Positions 38,170-45,213 of a stretch of DNA of 45,213 bases are shown here, piece by piece; the first letter of the stretch is position 1, and each line of letters starts with the position of its first letter. The stretch covers positions 20,310,832-20,356,044 of the forward strand of contig JBOZIK010000001.1 of assembly GCA_051453625.1 (NCBI GenBank), in the 5' to 3' direction. A model generated the notes under the pieces. That model ran no database searches and was not told the DNA's origin. It saw only the letters and a list, made by a program, of their open reading frames with translations. The position numbers were made by a program, and so were the translations under genes. This stretch comes from Welwitschia mirabilis. Taxonomy: Eukaryota.

Positions 38170-39030
38170 ACTATTGAAGGGGTACCATCTATTAGACCTT
38201 TGCTCTTTGAATGAACTAACTATGCCTATTAGAAGATGAGGATGCAAGTGTACTTATAGTCTTTTAAGTTTTAGGTATGGCAAAGCATATAAGAAGTATA
38301 TACACATCCTAAAAAAACCATAATAGATGAAACATAAGTAGAAACATTTGAAAAGAAAAAATCTCATCCTTCTTACATGGCTATTGTACATATTCAAAAG
38401 GAAAATGATGAGAGAAAAGAAGAGTATGGATCAAAAAGTAAAGATGATATATGTATGGATCTTCAAGAAAGGTATAACTTAATTTTTAAAGAATTTTTTA
38501 AATTGTAAAAGGTATATACTAAGATGAAATGAATTAACTTACAAACAAGAAAGGAGTGCTTGCAATAAATTATCTTCTGAAATCTTAGCTCTTAAAGATG
38601 AGATTAATAGACTAACATATAATCTAAAAAATGTAAGATAGAAACTACACTATCAAACTTAAAGAAAATTAATGAGAAATTTACCTAATAAAAAGAGATG
38701 TTAAATATCATGCTTAGGTAATGTAGAGGCTTAAATGCCAAAATGGCTTTCGACACAATGAAGCTTCCACTAGTATTTCAGCCTCTTTATTTAATAAATG
38801 GAACTTTAAGCTAAGGTATTAACATTTAGTTTTTACAAGTAGTATTATTTGCTATTATTTCCACAATAGAGGTTATTATCAGCATAAGTGCCTAATGAAA
38901 TTAAAATATAGGTATTATACTAATAATGCTAAGAGGTCTAGTACAATGGTATAATGTTTTATATAGGGTAAACCAAGAAAATTATGAATATCAAAATCAA
39001 AACTAGGATTTTTTGCACAAATTACACTAA
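38170..39030 (+). pseudogene. gag: Element E gag remnant with internal deletion
   Basis: SIRPLLFE*TNYAY*KMRMQVYL N-terminus jumps to PSYMAIVH; second knuckle remnant ICYYFHNRGYYQHKC at ~38848-38892. Confidence 0.8.
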
Positions 39031-39035
39031 GATTA

Positions 39036-42000
39036 GTGAAAAAGTATGTTTGGTATGTTGATATTGGATGCTTAAGGCACATGATTAGAGATAAATCTAG
39101 CTTCATCACCTTAGTGAAGCAAGATAAAGGAGTAGTAATCTTTGGAGACAACACAAAAGCATCTGTTAAAGGTATTGATACTATTAAAGGAGGCAATCTA
39201 TCAGAGGTAAAGGATGTATCCTTCATAGAAGGTTTTCAATATAATATCTTAAGGGTAAGTCAACTATGTAATGCAAATTTTTTTGTTACCTCTACAAAAG
39301 ATGATTGTGTCATTAGAGAACAAACTTTTATAAAAGTTTTTTTTTTTTTTTTTTGGGTATAAGAAAGTCAAATGTTTATGCTAATAATTTATAAGATATA
39401 TCTAACAATAAAACCAAGTGCTTACTAAGTAAAATAGGTAAAGCAGAGTTATGCATAAGAAGCTTAAACATATAAACAAAGATTTACTCAAAATCTTGTC
39501 TATTAAAGAAATGCTAAGAGGACTTTCCAAGTTAAAAAGCATTGATAATCAAGTTTGTGAAGCATGTTAGCAACAGAAGCAGATAAATGCAAGATTTAAT
39601 TAAAAAATACTATCTCAACTCAATGTCCTTTAGATCTCTTGCACCTTGATATTATTGGTCCTTCATCTACAAAAATGTTAGGTAAGAAAAGGTATTATTT
39701 AACTATTGTAGATGATTTTTCTCATTTTACATGAATAGCCATACTTACATATAAGGATGAGGCCTTTAATGATTTTTCTAAGTTATGTATTAGATTATAG
39801 AACAAAAAATGATACATAATAAATATGATAAAAAGTGATAATGGCATAAAATTTAAAAATGCAAGATTTAGAGAGTTCTGTGAATAGTTTGGTATTATAC
39901 GTTAATTCTCTACTCCAAGTTATCCCCAATAAAATGGAATAGATAACATAAAGAATACAATATTTAATAAAATTATTAACATAATGATGCATGACCAAAA
40001 GATTCCTTATCACTTTTGGGAAGAAGCAATCAACATGGCTTATTATGTTTCAAATCATATTCTAATAAGATGGTTAACTTCAAAAAACTCATATGAGTTA
40101 TGGTTTGGTAAGAAGCCTTTTGAAAGATATTTTTGTATCTTTGGATCAAAATGCTNNNNNNNNNNNNNNNNNNNNNNNNNNNNNNNNNNNNNNNNNNNNN
40201 NNNNNNNNNNNNNNNNNNNNNNNNNNNNNNNNNNNNNNNNNNNNNNNNNNNNNNNTTATTTTGAATGAAAAGGATAAGTTAAGAAAGTTTAATTCAAAAG
40301 TTGATGAAGGCATTTTCCTAGGATATTCTATGATTAATAAAGCATACCGAGTGTATAATAAATAGAACCCATATAGTTGAGGAAATTATTAATGTAAAAA
40401 TAAGTGATATAGACTAAACTTTTATAGATGTAAAAGATGATTATACTCTTATGCAGATTGATTAATCATCTACCAATTTTTAAGTTTCATCCGATAATGA
40501 GGAAAAGAAGGAAGAAGATATAGAAAAAGAAAATGCTTCAACTATAGTCAGATTAAAAAGAAATCACTCTATCAAAAATATAATAGGTAGTTCTTATGAA
40601 GGTATTAAAACTAGAAGTCATATTAAAGAATTTTATGGTTTTGCAGCTTATATTTCATAGGTTAAACCAAAAACATTCAAAGAATCTAAGAGTTATAAAC
40701 ATTAGATGCTTACAGTGCAAGAAGAGTTTAACCAATTTGAAAGATGTAATATTTGGAAATTTACTCCAAGACCATCCAAAAACTTATTATTGGCACTAAG
40801 TGAGTTTCTAGAAATAAGATAGATGAACATGATAATGTGATAAAAAAATAAAGCAATATTAGTGGCAAAAGGATACTACCAATAAGAATGGATTAACTTT
40901 AAAGAGAGCTTTGCTCTAGTGGCTCATATGGAATGAAAAAGGACTCTTCTAGCATTTACTTGTATCAAAGGATTCAAACTTTATCAAATGGATGTTAAGA
41001 GTGCATTTATAAATAGAATTCTTCAAAAATAATTACATGTTGAATAACTAAAAGATTTTACAAACTCCCACCAATTACATCACATTTACAAATTAAAGAA
41101 AGATTTATATTATCTCAAACAAGCACCTAGAGCTTGTTATGAAAAATTTTTAGATTATCTTATAGAAAATGGTTTCAAAATAGTACATTAAATGTAACTT
41201 TATTTATTAAGAGAGGTGGTAAAGATTCACTATTATTTAAAATTATGTAGATGATATTATTTTTTGTGCTATTAATGATTTTTTTTCTTTTTTGTAAGAA
41301 GTTTACTAAGATAATGCAGGATGAATTTGAAATGAGTCTTATCGAAGAGATAAGAAAGTTCTTGGGGATATAACTTATGAAACATAAGCAAGGTACTTTT
41401 ATTTCATAAACTAAGTATATTAAAAAATTTTCAGTTAAATATGATTTATAGAATTGTAAAGGTAAATATACTCTAATGAATTAAAACACTAAATTGGACA
41501 AATATGAGAATGGTAAGAAGGTAGATTAAAAACTAAATAGAAGTATGATTAGTAGTTTATTATATCTTACTGTTAGTAGACTAGATATTATGATGAGTGT
41601 AATAATTTGTTTATATTATCCAAGTGATTCTAGAATCACATCTCATAGCTATTAAAAGATTTTTTTATCATTTTAAGAATACTACTAATTGGAGCCTTTG
41701 ATACTCAAAGAACTCCTGCCTTGATTTAGTTGGGTATTGTGATGTAGATTAGGTAAGATGTAAAGATGATAGACAAAGCACAAGTAGGATCTAATTCTTA
41801 CTTAGACAAAGTTTTATTTCTTAAAGTAGTAAAAAGCAGAACTAAATTACTCTATCAACTGCAAAGGTCGAGTACATTGCTACTAGGAGTTGTTGTGCAT
41901 AACTTCTCTGGATGAAGCAAATGTTAAAAGATTTTGGACTCTCCATGAATAGTATTCTCATCTATTATATAATAAGAGTCTTATAAACATACCAAAGAAT

Positions 42001-42190
42001 GCAATACAACACTCAAGAACCAAGCATAATGAAATTCGACATCACTTTATTAAATAACATGTTTAAAACAAGAACATCACAATGTAATATGTCATTATAT
42101 ATTATTAACTTGTAGATGTATTTACAAAATCTCTAAGTACTGAAAGGTATGTAAAATTGTATAGAACTTGGGAATTAGGTCTTACCCAAC
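39036..42190 (+). pseudogene. pol: Element E pol remnant (PR, INT, RT, RNase H)
   Basis: VWYVDIGCLRHMIRDK (cf. WYLDSGCSRHMTGD), LTIVDDFSHFT, FWEEAINMAYYVSN, KVDEGIFLGYS, LYQMDVKSAFIN, LKQAPRA, YVDDII, IQHSRTKH, DVFTKSL. Confidence 0.95.
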
Positions 42191-42814
42191 TAGATAAGTT
42201 AATAGGTAATATCTTCAATTTTCAACTTCACTTTGTATTTATTAATGAGTTAAGATTATAGTTAGATGTAGTAATAGTTAAATTTTGTGCATGATTCTTT
42301 ACTTTTTTGAAGTTTTATTGTTATGTTTGTATTATTCATAGATTTTTTTGGAATTTTTAAAACTTTCATGGCAAATGTCTTCAGTTTTGTAAAGGTCTAT
42401 CAAAGAGACATCTTCATATTTATAGACATCTCTGAAGTAGACATCTTGAGTTTTTCAGACATCCTTAAAAGTCAATTATGCTTTTTAAAATTTTTAAAAT
42501 AGACATCTTTGATTAGGTAGATCTCTTGATAGTATGGAAAATGTATTATAAAATTTTTAACAGAAGACATCTTTCACTTTAAAGACATCTACTTTTCACA
42601 TTTTAGATGTTTTTAGCACATAGACATCTTTCCTATACTATTGCAACAATAAAAAATGCACTAAAAAGTATGGGTTTGACACTTTTTATTTGAAAAAGAG
42701 GTTATCAAATATAATTTTTAAGTCTCCACTTGACAAGTATCCTTCTTAGAGAACTTCTTAAGAATGATATTCTTAGATTTCTCTAGTAATATATCTTCAT
42801 CTTGATAGATATCT

Positions 42815-45213
42815 ATGTTTCAAAAAAGATTAGAAGAAAGTCTACTAGTACTTCAAAAGGCAAAGAGCAAGCAATAAAACCTTAAAAATCTCATTTTGAG
42901 CCTAATTTTTACAATGATATAACTACAAGAAGGTATAAATCTTAGACAAGAAACTCAATAATTGCAAAAAGAACACTTGAATTCTAGAGACCATGGAAGA
43001 TTAGCTTGTGGCTTACTTCTCTTGATTTGGATGAGAAATTATTATCGAGATAGATTAAAGTATATTAGATCTAGTAGTAAGGAAATTTTATATCAACATC
43101 CATGAGATAGATGATAGTATAGGATCTTTTTAGGCTCAAGTCAGAGGCACTCCATTGAATATTACTCCTAGTTTTATAAATTTATTACTTAGCACATATG
43201 ATTCTGAGCTTTCTTAGTTATATGTGCATTCATTCAAGGAAGGATTTATTTCATGAGTTGTAATTGTATCACAAAGAACCATGAGTTATATTTTATTTAA
43301 ACACTCTTAAATGAATTTTGTTAAAAATATAAAGCATAACGATATGATTCTTGATGCTTCTAATCTCAATTTAATTATGTTCTATAATATCTAGTTAGAG
43401 ATGGCAGTTATAGTTATTGTAAACTAATGTAGACTTTTATGGATTTTTATTTACTTGCTAGTCTAAAGATATATTTGGGATTCATCTTTTGCATGAATGT
43501 TATAACTTTGTTTTACAAGGATTATACTTTAGGCCACCCTTATCTTATTAGTTTAATTATTCGTAGTGATAGCATATCAGTTCCTCAAGTAAATCTTATT
43601 CATCAGAAGAAAACTCTAGCTAAATTTGATAAAAAACAGAACGTGCCAATACTGCTAAGTAAGGACACAAGTAGAAGGCCTTTGTAATTTTAGAGATCTT
43701 ACTCCATAGTTATACATAGTTCANNNNNNNNNNNNNNNNNNNNNNNNNNNNNNNNNNNNNNNNNNNNNNNNNNNNNNNNNNNNNNNNNNNNNNNNNNNNN
43801 NNNNNNNNNNNNNNNNNNNNNNNATTCCTTCAAGGAAGGATTTATTTCATGAGTGGTAATTGTATCACAAATAACCATGATTTATATTTTATTTAAACAC
43901 TCTTAAATGAATTTTGTTAAAAATATAAAGCATAAAGATATGATTCTTGATGCTTCCAATCTCAATTTAATTATGTTCTATAATATCTAGTTAGAGATGG
44001 TAGTTATAGTTATTGTAAACTAATGTAGACTTTCATGGATTTTTATTTACTTGCTATTCTAAAGATAGATTTGTACTTCATCTTTTGCATGAATATTATA
44101 ACTCTGTTTTACAAGGATTAGACTTTAGGCCACCCTTATCTTATTAGTTTAATTATCCGTAGTGATAGCATATTAGTTCCTTAAGTAAATCTTATTCATC
44201 AGAAGAAAACTCTAGCTAAACTTGATAAAAAACAGAGAGTGCCAATACGGCTAGGTAAGGACATAAGTAGAAGGCCTTTGTAATTTTAGAGATCTTACTC
44301 TATAGTTATACATAGTTCATCATTAGTTAAGAAGGGATTAAAGGTACTAACAAAAATAATTGGAAAGTTGAAAAAAATTTATTAATGTTAAAGAAACATA
44401 GGTCCATTCCTAATAAGGGCNNNNNNNNNNNNNNNNNNNNNNNNNNNNNNNNNNNNNNNNNNNNNNNNNNNNNNNNNNNNNNNNNNNNNNNNNNNNNNNN
44501 NNNNNNNNNNNNNNNNNNNNAATAAGGGCAAAAAATTAGTAGAGAGTTGAGAATCCATGAGAACTCCCACATGGATAGACTCAAAGGATGAATTAGAAGA
44601 AGAAGTACCTTCAACTCCATAATGCATAAGTTATGACTCAGATAAAGTAATAGATAGCGATGGTTCTATAGAGTCATCAGGAGATGAAGCATAGGTTCAA
44701 GGGAAAGCACTAGGCTTCCATGTAGGCTCAGATGCAGGAGGAGAAATAGGCTCCAATTTCTTCATAGAGACAATAGGAGATAGAGTCATAGAGCTCAAAT
44801 GTTCAACCTCTTATCTTTTATTGGTCACATTACAAGANNNNNNNNNNNNNNNNNNNNNNNNNNNNNNNNNNNNNNNNNNNNNNNNNNNNNNNNNNNNNNN
44901 NNNNNNNNNNNNNNNNNNNNNNNNNNNNNNNNNNNNNNNNNNNNNNNNNNNNNNGCCTTTGTAATTTTAGAGATCTTACTCCATAGTTATACATAGTTCA
45001 TCATCAGTTAAGAAGGGATTAAAGGTACTAACAAAAATGATTGGAAAGTTGAGAAAAATTTATTAAGGTTAAAGAAACATAGGTCCATTCCTAATAAGGG
45101 CAAAGAATCAATAAAGAGTTGAGAATCCATGAGAACTCCCACATGGATAGACTCAAAGGATTAATTAGAAGAAGAAGTACCTCCAACTCCATAATGCATA
45201 AGTTATGACTCAG
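42815..45213 (+). pseudogene. Element E env-like 3' ORF remnant (partly duplicated across gaps)
   Basis: SKGKEQ...FEPNFYNDITTRRYKS...KRTLEF...then an REFY-like segment (gtagtaaggaaattttat, ~43073); collinear with element A's 3' ORF. Confidence 0.65.

Larger units (their letters stand above)
35585..45213 (+). mobile_element. Element E: degenerate SIRE/Maximus Ty1/copia element, same family as A, runs off window end
   Basis: LTR TGTTGG...CCTCA, PBS, gag, pol and 3' ORF all collinear with element A. Confidence 0.9.

Noticed and set aside
44327..44837. Ser/Pro-rich antisense ORF
   Set aside because: The plus strand aligns with element A's 3' ORF, so the antisense frame looks incidental.
1614..44996. 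Many long ORFs in the supplied track filled with X
   Set aside because: Artefacts of translating through N-gaps.
1..45213. Species assignment and numeric insertion ages
   Set aside because: Cannot be supported without database search and computed LTR alignments; mutational bias would also distort dating.

Overview
AT-rich, gap-riddled scaffold from a flowering-plant genome. I find no host gene, RNA gene or CRISPR array. The window resolves into a nested stack of five decayed LTR retrotransposons. (A) A minus-strand SIRE/Maximus Ty1/copia element (<1-35584) is the host. (B) A plus-strand Athila-type Ty3/gypsy element (631-27381, TSD GTCCT) sits in A's 3' LTR. (C) An internally deleted SIRE element (10785-13486) and (D) a minus-strand, apparently non-autonomous Athila derivative related to B (14329-~23162) both sit in B's pol-to-env spacer. 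(E) A plus-strand SIRE element of A's family (35585->45213) sits in A's 5' LTR. All coding regions are pseudogenised, mostly by C>T/G>A changes. Many N-gaps are flanked by near-identical duplicated sequence, probably assembly overlaps. I found no convincing new protein-coding system. The most interesting signals are the nesting, the B/D pair, a dispersed hairpin motif, decayed palindrome arrays, an Athila RT lacking the usual insertion, and frequent CA>TA decay. All alignments and identities were judged by eye.
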